64,000 nt of DNA from Chrysomallon squamiferum (taxonomy: Eukaryota; Animalia; Mollusca): the NCBI GenBank assembly GCA_012295275.1, contig CM022671.1:26846001-26910000 (forward strand), given 5' to 3'. Of the stretch, positions 39,231-53,159 are shown in pieces (position 1 is the first letter of the stretch; the number at the start of each line of letters is the position of its first letter). The notes under the pieces were generated by a model. That model did no database searches and had not been told where the DNA came from. It saw only the letters and a list, made by a program, of their open reading frames with translations. Both the position numbers and the translations under genes were made by a program.

Positions 39231-40190
39231 CAAACAAGAAGAAACAGCAAGACCAGACGAAAGAAGAAAGAAAAGAAGAAAGAAGAAAAAGAGGAACAAG
39301 AACAAGAAGAAAAGAAGAAAGAAGAAAAAGAGGAACAAGAACAAGAAGAAAAGAAGAAAGAAGAAAAAGAGGAAAAGAAGAAAGAAGAAAAACAAGAGAA
39401 CAAGAACAAGAAGGAAGAGAAGAACAGCAGCCAAGGAAAAAGAAAACAAACACAACAATCTCTCCACCTGTCTCTCTTTCTCTCCCTCTTTCTCTCTCTC
39501 TCTCTCTCACACAAATTCTGTAAACATTATTTGAATTAAACATATTTTTAAAATCATCCTGTCTTCGTTTTTTGGCTCAGTAGATAATTGTTTTTGTTTT
39601 TACCACTAACTCTACTAACACTTTTGTAAACTTTAAATACGATGAAATGAAATAAAAATGCTTTTTAGAACCATTTTGTTGTTTGTTTTTACTATTTTCT
39701 GTAAATAATTTTTGTATTATTAAATGAAATAAAATGATTTGTAAAGTTAATGTGTTTGTTTTTACTATTTTCTGTAAACAATTAATTATTAAACGAAATA
39801 AAGCGGTTTTAAAAATGATTGTGTTTGTTTTTACTATTTTCTGTAAACAAATAACCATTAAATGAAATAAATATGATTTTTTTTAGAGCATTGTGTTTGT
39901 TGTTTCTTTTTAATATTTTCTGTAAACAATCATTAAATGAAATAAAAACGATTTTAAAAATACTTTTTGTTTGTTTTTACTATTTTCTGTAACAAAATAA
40001 TTGAAATAAAATGATTTTAAAACGACACCGTGTTTGTTTTCTTTAAGAATAATGATATTTTTTACTAACAGTACTAACATTAGAAGTAGTTTAGGTAGTA
40101 GGTTCTTATTATAATTTTTGATCTGCGTTATGTGTCGTATGCTATTGAAAGAAAATCAAAATCCTTATTAATTATTCCTCACCATTCTAA

Positions 40191-40225
<35 letters not shown>

Positions 40226-40283
40226 AAGTGCTTTTTATTATTTAAATAAACTGTACCTTAAATGCAGCGACAGTGAGTCACCT

Positions 40284-40368
40284 GGTGAGTGATGACACCC
40301 CCACCTCAGAGTGGCTAATACGGGGTTGCTCGTACTTGAAAATGAGCTATCCTGGGGGACTGTTCACC
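40284..40368 (+). ncRNA. Box C/D snoRNA-like element, unit 4
   Basis: Identical to the unit 2 element. Confidence 0.45.
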
Positions 40369-42510
40369 TTAGGTACAGAACACAAAATATCGGTGTTAAA
40401 TTTCATTTCAAAATATCTAAAGTATGTTTAAAAATATGATAACCTAACTATAAACAAATAAATTCTGTGTGTTTATTGATGGATCATATTCTTTCTCAGC
40501 ATTTTAATTATAATTAATACAACATCACCTCATTATGTGTTTCACTGATTCATAAAACCATATGAATAATAACGATAAATGACCAAACAACTAAATTGTC
40601 TGGATATTTTGCTAATTTTTATTTTTGTTTAATTTTTAATTTTAAAAAAACAACAAAAAAATGTATGTGTCTTCTTGACATTTCCATTTACTCTCAGTAT
40701 TTTTGTTTCTTCTACTGTGTGACATTTTCAAATTTTACGGTTTTCACATTCTTTTTCTCATTTTCTTTATTCACTCTAAAAATAGTTCTGTCACATAATT
40801 TACCTGTCCTCGGTTTCTTATAAGAATTATTTAGCACCGTTTCCATTCTTTCATTAATATGCTGGACACATCATCTGAAAGAAACAATAGAAAATAAAAA
40901 TAATATATATATATATAAAAGAAGTAATATTTCAGAATCTATTTACTTGCCATTCAGATTCCACGATAAGTATAAAATGACTATGAGATCTCTCACTTTA
41001 GATTACATTTGAAGATTCTGACTCCAATTCAGCTCTTGAATCATTGCTATAGCAGCCTTGGCTGTCTAGAATGGATTCAGAATTACCTCAATTGTTCATC
41101 AAAGGTCGACAAGATATTCTGTTTTAAACACACACACAGTCACACACGGACACACACACAAACACACACCGACGTACACACACACAAACATATGTAAAGG
41201 AAGCAAGTCGATACAATAAGCCTTGTGTGTGTAATTTTCTGCAAATGGCTATGTTTTGTGTGTGCACAAGTGATACATTCACGTTGTACGTTCTTAACTA
41301 GTTCAAGTAACAAGTTACTTTATATGTCACTTCTGATATTAAACATTAAAATAATATTGCTGTAATTATTTCCGATAGACTGCCTTTAAGGCTGGTTGCT
41401 GGGATTAAATAAATAAATGCTAATTATGTATAGATGGTATCCTTAACTTTTATCCATACCTTTGAATATACTGACGAAGGCTTCTACTTTATACATCGGT
41501 TGTAACCGTAAATCATATGAACAATGTGCACGGCATTCACGTCAGCCAAACCGTTATTATGCAAACATATCCGTCACACTTCCGACTACAACTCGCTATT
41601 ATCAGTGGCAGTTGCAGCGCGACACCTTTAGTAAATAAATAAATAAATAAATAAATAAACAGCCTGGAAACTGTTTACATATTACTTGATAATGAAATAG
41701 TGCGTGTATACAAAGTGTGTGTAAGCGTGTGCTTTACGTGTTTGCTGTAAAACCATATAGCGATTTAAAAGATACCCAAATAGATTAATATATAAGCGCA
41801 GAAACGCTCTCATAGTACTAGTACGTGAAACTTGCACATTTATCTTTGTCACTGAGCCTCACTGTCTTTCCCTTCAATCTGTAAAAATAATTTTTCTGTG
41901 TGTGCATACATAATAATGACGATTGAAATGAAAACAGAAATCCACGCCACCTTGCAACAACATGGCGTCTGACGAAGATTTCCGATGTCGTTTGCTTCCG
42001 CTTTGTTCGGAAGTATATAAATATGACGTCGATCAATGCAACAACGTCACTCGCTGATCGCTAGGTAAGTGGAAGGTCGCGCATTTTGGAGAACTTGTAA
42101 AATAATTTTGAAATATGCTGCTGAAATCGGACATCGTCGGTGAGTACGTAAAATTTAATTCCACTTTTACTCATTTTTCAGGTCATTTGTCAATTTGGTA
42201 TGAAGACTCAGCGACTGGGTATTCCGAAAACAAATCTGTGGTTCTTGATCGGAAATTAATATTCGAAATTGGCATTCATCAAACTGGGCATTAAGGGTTT
42301 TTTCACAATCCGATCTAGATTACTTTGGGGAACCGTCTAAATTAGCGTCCAATTCAATTAATTTTTATCATTATTCTAACATTTCGGCTGACGCTTCTAA
42401 ATTTAATACATTTTTAGATTTGAATAATTATTTATAATAGTGTACGACACAAAACACTTGTCTTTTATGTAATTAGTAGAGTAGGAGTAGTTAAGAAATA
42501 GAAAGAAACA

Positions 42511-42574
<64 letters not shown>

Positions 42575-43608
42575 CAAACAAGAAGAAACAGCAAGACCAG
42601 ACGAAAGAAGAAAGAAAAGAAGAAAGAAGAAAAAGAGGAACAAGAACAAGAAGAAAAGAAGAAAGAAGAAAAAGAGGAAAAGAACAAGAAGAAAAGAAGA
42701 AAAACAGGAAAAGAAGGAAAACAAGAGAACAAGAACAAGAAGGAAGAGAAGAACAGCAGCCAAGGAAAAAGAAAACAAACACAACAATCTCTCCACCTAT
42801 CTCTCTTTCTCTCCCTCTTTCTCTCTCTCTCTCTCACAAAAATCCTGTAAACATTATTTGAATTAAACACATTTTTAAAATCATCCTGTCTTCGTTTTTT
42901 GGCTCAGTAGATAATTGTTTTTGTTTTTACCACTAACTCTACTAACACTTTTGTAAACTTTAAATACGATGAAATGAAATAAAAATGCTTTTTAAAACCA
43001 TCATGTTGTTTGTTTTACTATTTTCTGTAAATAATTTTGTATTATTAAATGAAATAAAATGATTTGTAAAGTTAATGTGTTTGTTTTTACTATTTTCTGT
43101 AAACAATTAATTATTAAACGAAATAAAGCGGTTTTAAAAATGATTGTGTTTGTTTTTACTATTTTCTGTAAACAAATAACCATTAAATGAAATAAATATG
43201 ATTTTTAGAGCATTGTGTTTGTTGTTTCTTTTCAATATTTTCTGTAAACAATCATTAAATGAAATAAAAACGATTTTAAAAATACTTTTTGTTTGTTTTT
43301 ACTATTTTCTGTAACAAAATAATTGAAATAAAAATGATTTTAAAACGACACCGTGTTTGTTTTCTTTAAGAATAATGATATTTTTACTAACAATACTAAC
43401 ATTAGAAGTAGTTTAGATAGTAGGTTCTTATTATAATTTTTAATCTGCGTTATGTGCCGTATGCTATTGAAAGAAAATCAAAATCCTTATTAATTATTCC
43501 TCACCATTCTAAATTATTATTATTTATATTATTATTATTATTATTATTAAAAGTGCTTTTTATTATTTAAATAAACTGTACCTTAAATGCAGCGACAGTG
43601 AGTCACCT

Positions 43609-43693
43609 GGTGAGTGATGACACCCCCACCTCAGAGTGGCTAATACGGGGTTGCTCGTACTTGAAAATGAGCTATCCTGGGGGACTGTTCACC
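43609..43693 (+). ncRNA. Box C/D snoRNA-like element, unit 5
   Basis: Identical to the unit 2 element. Confidence 0.45.
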
Positions 43694-44964
43694 TTAGGTA
43701 CAGAACACAAAATATCGGTGTTAAATTTCATTTCAAAATATCTAAAGTATGTTTAAAAATATGATAACCTAACTATAAACAAATACATTCTGTGTGTTTA
43801 TTGATGGATCATATTCTTTCTCAGGATTTTAATTATAATTAATACAACATCACCTCATTATGTGTTTCACTGATTCATAAAACCATATGAATAATAACGA
43901 TAAATGACCAAACAACTAAATTGTCTGGATATTTTGCTAATTTTTATTTTTTTTAATTTTTAATTTAAAAAACACAACAACAAAAAAATTTATTTGTCTT
44001 CTTGACATTTCCATTTACTCTCAGTATTTTTGTTTCTTCTACTGTGTCACATTTTCAAATTATACGGTTTTCATATTCTTTTTCTCATTTTCTTTATTCA
44101 CTCTAAAAATAGTTCTCTTACATAATTTACCTGTCCTCGGTTTCTTATAAGAATTATTTAGCACCGTTTCCATTCTTTCATTAATATGCTGGACACATCA
44201 TCTGAAAGAAACAATAGAAAGTAAAAATTATATATGTATATATTTATATATGAAAGAAGTAATATTTCAGAATCTATTTCCTTGCCATTCAGATTCCACG
44301 ATAAGTATAAAATGACTATGAGTTCTCTCACTTTAGATTACATTTGAAGATTCTGACTCCAATTCAGCTCTTGAATCATTGCTATAGCAGCCTTGGCTGT
44401 CTAGAATGGATTCAGAATTACCTCAATTGTTCATCAAAGGTCGACAAGATATTCTGTTTTAAACACACACACAGTCACACACGGACACACACAAACACAC
44501 ACCGACGTAGACACACAGAAAACATATGTAAAGGAACCAAGTCGATACAATAAGCCTTGTGTGTGTAATTTTCTGCAAATGGCTATGTTTGTGTGTGCAC
44601 AAGTGATACATTCACGTTGTACCTTCTTAACTAGTTCACGTAACAAGTTACTTTATATGTCACTTCTGATATTAAAAATTAAAGTAATATTGCTGTAATT
44701 ATTTCCGATAGACTGCCTTTAAGGCTGATTGCTGGGATTAAATAAATAAATGCTAATTATGTATAGATGGTATCCTTAAGTTTTATCCATACCTTTGAAT
44801 ATACTGACGAAGGCTTCTACTTTATACATCGGTTGTAACCGTAAATCATATGAACAACGTGCACGGCATTCACGTCAGCCAAACTGTTATTATGCAAACA
44901 TATCCGTCACACTTCCGACTACAACTCGCTATTATCAGTGGCAGTTGCAGCGCGACACCTTTAG

Positions 44965-44995
<31 letters not shown>

Positions 44996-45855
44996 ACAGC
45001 CTGGAAACTGTTTACATATTACTTGATAATGAAATAGTGCGTGTATACAAAATGTGTGTAAGCGTGTGCTTTACGTGTTTGCTGTAAACCATATAGCGAT
45101 TTAAAAGATACCAAAATAGTTTAATATATAAGCGCAGAAACGCTCTCATAGTACTAGGACGTGAAACTTGCACATTTATCTTTGTCACTGAGCCTCACTG
45201 TCTTTCCCTTCAATCTGCAAATAATTTTCTCTGTGTGTGCATACATAATAATGACGATTGAAATGAAAACAGAAATCCACGCCACCTTGCAACAACGTGG
45301 CGTCTGACGAAGATTTCCGATGTCGTTTGCTTCCGCTTTGTTCGGAAGTATATAAATATGACGTCAATCAATGCAACAACGTCACTCGCTGATCGCTAGG
45401 TAAGTGGAAGGTCGCTCATTTTGGAGAACTTGTAAAATAATTTTGAAATATGCTGCTGAAATCGGACATCGTCGGTGAGTACGTAAAATTTAATTCCACT
45501 TTTACTCATTTTTCAGGTCATTTGTCAATTTGGTATGAAGACTCAGCGACTGGGTATTCCGAAAACAAATCTGTGGTTCTTGATCGGAAATTAATATTCG
45601 AAATTGGCATTTATCAAACTGGGCATTAAGGTTTTTTTTCACAATCCGATCTAGATTACTTTGGGGAACCGTCTAAATTAGCGTCCAATTCAATTAATTT
45701 TTATCATTATTCTAACATTTCGGCTGACGCTTCTAAATTTAATACATTTTTAGATTTCAATAATTATTTATAATAGTGTACGACACAAAACACTTGTCTT
45801 TCATGTAATTAGTAGAGTAGGAGTAGTTAAGAAATAGAAAGAAATACACACACAG

Positions 45856-45900
<45 letters not shown>

Positions 45901-46900
45901 CAAATAAGAAGAAACAGCAAGACCAGAAGAAAGAAGAAAGAAGAAAAACAGGAACAAGAACAAGAAGAAAAGAAGAAAGAAGAAAAAGAGGAAAAGAAGA
46001 AAGAAGAAAAACAAGAGGACAAGAACAAGAAGGAAGAGAAGAACAGCAGCCAAGGAAAAAGAAAACAAACACAACAATCTCTCCACCTATCTCTCTTTCT
46101 CTCCCTCTTTCTTTCTCTCTCTCTCACACAAATTCTGTAAACATTATTTGAATTAAATATATTTTTAAAATCATCCTGTCTTCGTTTTTTGGCTCAGTAG
46201 ATAATTGTTTTTGTTTTTACCACTAACTCTACTAACACTTTTGTAAACTTTAAATACGATGAAATGAAATAAAAATGCTTTTTAAAACCATCGTGTTGTT
46301 TGTTTTTACTATTTTCTGTAAATAATTTTTGTATTATTAAATGAAATAAAATGATTTGTAAAGTTAATGTGTTTGTTTTTACTATTTTCTGTAAACAATT
46401 AATTATTAAACGAAATAAAGCGGTTTTAAAAATGATTGTGTTTGTTTTTACTATTTTCTGTAAACAAATAACCATTAAATGAAATAAATATGATTTTTAG
46501 AGCATTGTGTTTGTTGTTTCTTTTCAATATTTTCTGTAAACAATCATTAAATGAAATAAAAACGATTTTAAAAATACTTTTTGTTTGTTTTTACTATTTT
46601 CTGTAACAAAATAATTGAAATAAAAATGATTTTAAAACGATACCGTGTTTGTTTTCTTTAAGAATAATGATATTTTTACTAACAATACTAACATTAGAAG
46701 TAGTTTAGATAGTAGGTTCTTATTATAATTTTTAATCTGCGTTATGTGTCGTATGCTATTGAAAGAAAATCAAAATCCTTATTAATTATTCCTCACCATT
46801 CTAAATTATTATTATTTATATTATTATTATTATTATTATTAAAAGTGCTTTTTATTATTTAAATAAACTGTACCTTAAATGCAGCGACAGTGAGTCACCT

Positions 46901-46985
46901 GGTGAGTGATGACACCCCCACCTCAGAGTGGCTAATACGGGATTGCTCGTACTTGAAAATGAGCTATCCTGGGGGACTGTTCACC
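46901..46985 (+). ncRNA. Box C/D snoRNA-like element, unit 6
   Basis: One G>A change, which falls in the loop of the internal TACGGG/CTCGTA hairpin. Confidence 0.45.
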
Positions 46986-49900
46986 TTAGGTACACAACAC
47001 AAAATATCGGTGTTAAATTTCATTTCAAAATATCTAAAGTATGTTTAAAAATATGATAACCTAACAATAAACAAATACATTCTGTGTGTTTATTGATGGA
47101 TCATATTCTTTCTCAGGATTTTAATTATAATTAATACAACATCACCTCATTATGTGTTTCACTGATTCATAAAACCATATGAATAATAACGATAAATGAC
47201 CAAACAACTAAATTGTCTGGATATTTTGCTAATTTTTATTTTTGTTTTATTTTTAATTTGAAAAAAACAACAAAAAAATGTATTTGTCTTCTTGACATTT
47301 CCATTTACTCTCAGTATTTTTGTTTTTTCTACTGTGTCACATTTTCAAATTTTATGGTTTTCATATTCTTTTTCTCATTTTCTTTATTCACTCTAAAAAT
47401 AGTTCTGTTACATAATTTACCTCGGTTTCTTATAAGAATTATTTAGCACCGTTTCCATTCTTTCATTAATATGCTGGACACATCATCTGAAAGAAACAAT
47501 ACAAAACAAAAATAATATATATATAAAAGAAGTAATATTTCAGAATCTATTTCCTTGCCATTCAGATTCCACGATAAGTATAAAATGACTATGAGTTCTC
47601 TCACTTTAGATTACATTTGAAGATTCTGACTCCAATTCAGCTCTCGAATCATTGCTATAGCAGCCTTGGCTGTCTAGAATGTATTCAGAATTACCTCAAT
47701 TGTTCATCAAAGGTCGACAAGATATTCTGTTTTAAACACACACACAGTCACAGACGGACACACACAAACACACACCGACGTACACGCACACACAAACATA
47801 TGTAAAGGAACCAAGTCGATACAATAAGCCTTGTGTGTGTAATTTTCTGCAAATGGCTGTGTTTGTGTGTGCACAAGTGAGACATTCACGTTGTACGTTC
47901 TTAACTAGTTCACGTAACAAGTTACTTTATATGTCACTTCTGATATTAAAAATTAAACTAATATTGCTGTAATTATTTCCGATAGACCGCCTTTAAGGCT
48001 GATTGCTGGGATTAAATAAATAAATGCTAATTATGTATAGATGGTATCCTTAAGTTTTATCCATACCTTTGAATATACTGACGAAGGCTTCTACTTTATA
48101 CATCGGTTGTAACCGTAAATCATATGAACAATGTGCACGGCATTCACGTCAGCCAAATCGTTATTATGCAAACATATCCGTCACACTTCCGACTACAACT
48201 CGCTATTATCAGTGGCAGTTGCAGCGCGACACCTTTAGTAAATAAATAAAAAAATAAATAAACAGCCTGGAAACTGTTTACATATTACTTGATAATGAAA
48301 TAGTGCGTGTATACAAAATGTGTGTAAGCGTGTGCTTTACCTGTTTGCTGTAAAGCATATAGCGATTTAAAAGATATCAAAATACTTTAATATATAAGCG
48401 CAGAAACGCTCTCATAGTACTAGTACGTGAAACTTGCACATTTATCTTTGTCACTGAGCCTCACTGTCTTTCCCTTCAATCTGTAAATAATTTTCTCTGT
48501 GTGTGCATAGGTAATAATGACGATTGAAATGAAAACAGAAATCCACGCCACCTTGCAACAACATGGCGTCTGACGAAGATTTCCGATGTCGTTTGCTTCC
48601 GCTTTGTTCGGAAGTATATAAATATGACGTCAAACAATGCAACAACGTCACTCGCTGATCGCTAGGTAAGTGGAAGGTCGCGCATTTTGGAGAACTTGTA
48701 AAATAATTTTGAAATATGCTGCTGAAATCGGACATCGTCGGTGAGTACGTAAAATTTAATTCCACTTTTACTCATTTTTCAGGTCATTTGTCAATTTGGT
48801 ATGAAGACTCAGCGACTGGGTATTCCGAAAACAAATCTGTGGTTCTTGATCGGAAATTAATATTCGAAATTGGCATTTATCAAACTGGGCATTAAGGGTT
48901 TTTTTCACAATCCGATCTAGATTACTTTGGGGAACCGTCTAAATTAGCGTCCAATTCAATTAATTTTTATCATTATTCTAACATTTCGGCTGACGCTTCT
49001 AAATTTAATACATTTTTAGATTTGAATAATTATTTATAATAGTGTACGACACAAAACACTTGTCTTTTATGTAATTAGTAGAGTAGGAGTAGTTAAGAAA
49101 TAGAAAGAAACACAAACACACACACACACACAAACAGAAACAAACAAGAAGAAACAGCAAGACCAGACGAAAGAAGAAAGAAAAGAAGAAAGAAGAAAAA
49201 GAGGAACAAGAACAAGAAGAAAAGAAGAAAGAAGAAAAAGAGGAACAAGAACAAGAAGAAAAGAAGAAAGAAGAAAAAGAAGAACAAGAACAAGAAGAAA
49301 AGAAGAAAGAAGAAAAAGAAGAAAAGAAGAAAGAAGAAAAACAAGAGAACAAGAACAAGAAGGAAGAGAAGAACAGCAGCCAAGGAAAAAGAAAACAAAC
49401 ACAACAATCTCTCCACCTATCTCTCTTTCTCTCCCTCTTTCTCTCTCTCTGTCTCACACAAATTCTGTAAACATTATTTGAATTAAACATATTTTTAAAA
49501 TCATCCTGTCTTAGTTTTTTGGCTCAGTAGATAATTGTTTTTGTTTTTACCACTAACTCTACTAACACTTTTGTAAACTTTAAATACGATGAAATGAAAT
49601 AAAAATGCTTTTTAGAACCATTTTGTTGTTTGTTTTTACTATTTTCTGTAAATAATTTTTGTATTATTAAATGAAATAAAATGATTTGTAAAGTTAATGT
49701 GTTTGTTTTTACTATTTTCTGTAAACAATTAATTATTAAACGAAATAAAGCGGTTTTAAAAATGATTGTGTTTGTTTTTACTATTTTCTGTAAACAAATA
49801 ACCATTAAATGAAATAAATATGATTTTTTTTAGAGCATTGTGTTTGTTGTTTCTTTTTAATATTTTCTGTAAACAATCATTAAATGAAATAAAAACGATT

Positions 49901-50217
49901 TTAAAAATACTTTTGTTTGTTTTTACTATTTTCTGTAACAAAATAATTGAAATAAAAATGATTTTTAAACGACACCGTGTTTGTTTTCTTTAAGAATAAT
50001 GATATTTTTACTAACAATACTAACATTAGAAGTAGTTTAGATAGTAGGTTCTTATTATAATTTTTAATCTGCGTTATGTGTCGTATGCTATTGAAAGAAA
50101 ATCAAAATCCTTATTAATTATTCCTCACCATTCTAAATTATTATTATTATTATTATTAAAAGTGCTTTTTATTATTTAAATAAACTGTACCTTAAATGCA
50201 GCGACAGTGAGTCACCT

Positions 50218-50302
50218 GGTGAGTGATGACACCCCCACCTCAGAGTGGCTAATACGGGGTTGCTCGTACTTGAAAATGAGCTATCCTGGGGGACTGTTCA
50301 CC
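50218..50302 (+). ncRNA. Box C/D snoRNA-like element, unit 7
   Basis: Identical to the unit 2 element. Confidence 0.45.
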
Positions 50303-50838
50303 TTAGGTACACAACACAAAATATCGGTGTTAAATTTCATTTCAAAATATCTAAAGTATGTTTAAAAATATGATAACCTAACTATAAACAAATAAATTCT
50401 GTGTGTTTATTGATGGATCATATTCTTTCTCAGCATTTTAATTATAATTAATACAACATCACCTCATTATGTGTTTCACTGATTCATAAAACCATATGAA
50501 TAATAACGATAAATGACCAAACACCTAAATTGTCTGGATATTTTCCTAATTTTTATTTTTGTTTAATTTTTAATTTTAAAAAAAAAAACAAAAAAAATGT
50601 ATTTGTCTTCTTGACATTTCCATTTACTCTCAGTATTTTTGTTTCTTCTACTGTGTCACATTTTCAAATTTTACGGTTTTCATATTCTTTTTCTCATTTT
50701 CTTTATTCACTGTAAAAATAGTTCTGTTACATAATTTACCTGTCCTCGGTTTCTTATAAGAATTATTTAGCACCGTTTCCATTCTTTCATTAATATGCTA
50801 GACACATCATCTGAAAGAAACAATAGAAAATAAAAATA

Positions 50839-50879
<41 letters not shown>

Positions 50880-51148
50880 GAAAAAAGAGGTAACATTTCA
50901 GAATCTATTTCCTTGCCATTCAGATTCCACGATAAGTATAAAATGACTATGAGTTCTACCACTTTAGATTACATTTGAAGATTCTGACTCCATTTCAGCT
51001 CTTGAATCATTGCTATAGCAGCCTTGGCTGTCTAGAATGGATTCAGAATTAGCTCAATTGTTCATCAAAGGTCGACAAGATATTCTGTTTTAAACACACA
51101 CACAGTCACACCGGACACACACAAATACACACCGACGTACACACAAAC

Positions 51149-51372
51149 ACAGACCGATACACACAGGTAAAAACCGGTAGAGAAATGCACACTCGGAGTA
51201 AGGATGTCGTCGATACAGTAAGAGTTGATGTATATATCTTTTGGTAATTTTGATGATCTGCATGTTTTTATGTTTGCAACATGGTATATTCACACCATGT
51301 TTTCATCTTAACGAGTTCTCGCAACAAGTTACTTGATATATTACTTATGATATTAATAAATTAAAATAATCT
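51149..51372. repeat. Diverged continuation of the unit at the right edge of the array
   Basis: GTCGATACAGTAAG, CTTAACGAGTTCTCGCAACAAGTTACTTGATAT and TGATATTAATAAATTAAAATAAT match unit positions 27907-28053 with many substitutions. Confidence 0.8.
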
Positions 51373-52494
51373 ATTTATTTTTTTTATTTTTTTTTTATTA
51401 TTTATTTTTTTTTAACTCTTTCGTGTGTTATATAAATAAGAATAAAATCAGAATAACTTAAAAGTTTTTTATAATTATTATATCTACCTTTTTTTTTTTT
51501 TTTTTTTTTTTTATGACCGTACCGACAGATTACCTCATTTTATATAAAAACTGTTTTAAAGCTTTTCCTGATGAAACCATGTTAAGGTCTTTGTCAAGGC
51601 ACCGATATTATTACACATTTTTATTCTAAATTCATTTATATATTCTTTTACACAGTGAACAAAAATTAGTTCTAAAAAGCATTATTATAAGACATCTTTA
51701 TCACAAATCCCGGTTTCTTCTTTATACAGATGTACATTTTACAAAATGTGATAAACATAAAATGATGATTCAGATAACTGTACTGATTCGTATAGGAAAT
51801 ATACGAGAAAATATTAGCTTAGAACAGCTTGAATTGTACTAACTGTTAGTTCAGCAAATAATAGAAATGTCTGCGTATATTATAACTTCTTATTACATTT
51901 GAAAAGCTCCAGTTATTATTTATATTTCTTTAGTATTTTTTAATTTATATTAACTAATAAAGAAATGACAAATTTACATTAAAATACAAGAGATTCATTA
52001 ATCGTTATGTACGAAGACATCTGGCGAAAGTTAGAAATGAGGTGAAACAAATAGCTGGATCATTATTAATAAGTATTATTACATCGGAGAACGAACTACA
52101 GACGTTAAAATCGTTACTCGAATCTCTCTAGAAACGTCGAATATGCATGCAGTCACGGAAATTCAGCAAATGATAAATAAAACTACAATTACATGCTGTA
52201 AATGATGTAAATATTATTTTGGTGTATAAATAGTTTTGAATTTATTATTTCACAATGCTTTTCGAGGATTCAGAGCCATCGAACACATGAGTTAGATCCA
52301 CATAGGTTATGTAAATAATAAACAAAACTTTGTTAGCAACCGAGAGAGAATATTTTTATTGCTAAAAAGTTTGCTTTTATTCAATTTATACCTTGTGTAT
52401 AACTCTATTAGCGATAACGAAAAAAGTAATGGTAATATAAACAACAACAACGATTATAATACTAATACTAATTATTATTTGTTTTACTTTGTTC

Positions 52495-52525
<31 letters not shown>

Positions 52526-53115
52526 AATTTAAATTTCGTTTCGTTTATATATTCATTGTTGAATCAGACTAGGGTTAATACGGTTTACCCCCACTTTGCA
52601 TGCGCCTGAACAGATTAACTGTAATAGTGCACGGGAGGTTAAGGTCTGGTCCAGTAAGTACAAGGTATACGATGCAGTTATCTCTCCATCACAACTCGCA
52701 TGAAAACTGTTCAAATGAGTAACCGCAATTATAGTTGTATCATGACAGAACATTCACATTCATGTTTATGCGAGTTAGTAATGTTAAAATGTCCAGATGA
52801 GCAACCTGATTTCTTTGTAAGAACAATAGCGTCCGGAAAAGTGGAGACACCCCGTTAATACTACTTAAATCAGTTTATGGATTTGAATTGTGTTTAAACG
52901 TAATCCGATAAATCACAATTTTAAGGCGCAAAAAGACATTACAAATCAGATATCAATGAAGTGGATATTCTTTATAAATATATTTTAGAATGAAAATTTA
53001 TTAAAAACAGTTAACAATCTTATAAAGAATATTATACTTGAGCACACAAGATATTCTTTATAAATATATTAGACGAAATATTTATGACAATAACTGTACG
53101 CACATGAATACACCA

Positions 53116-53159
<44 letters not shown>

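Larger units (their letters stand above)
27452..51148. repeat. Head-to-tail tandem array (macrosatellite) of a ~3.3 kb unit, 7 full copies plus a partial 8th
   Basis: The marker TTGAAGATTCTGACTCC recurs at 27711, 31032, 34363, 37687, 41009, 44344, 47617 and 50975 (periods 3321, 3331, 3324, 3322, 3335, 3273, 3358). Copies are near-identical apart from SNPs and microsatellite lengths. Confidence 0.99.
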
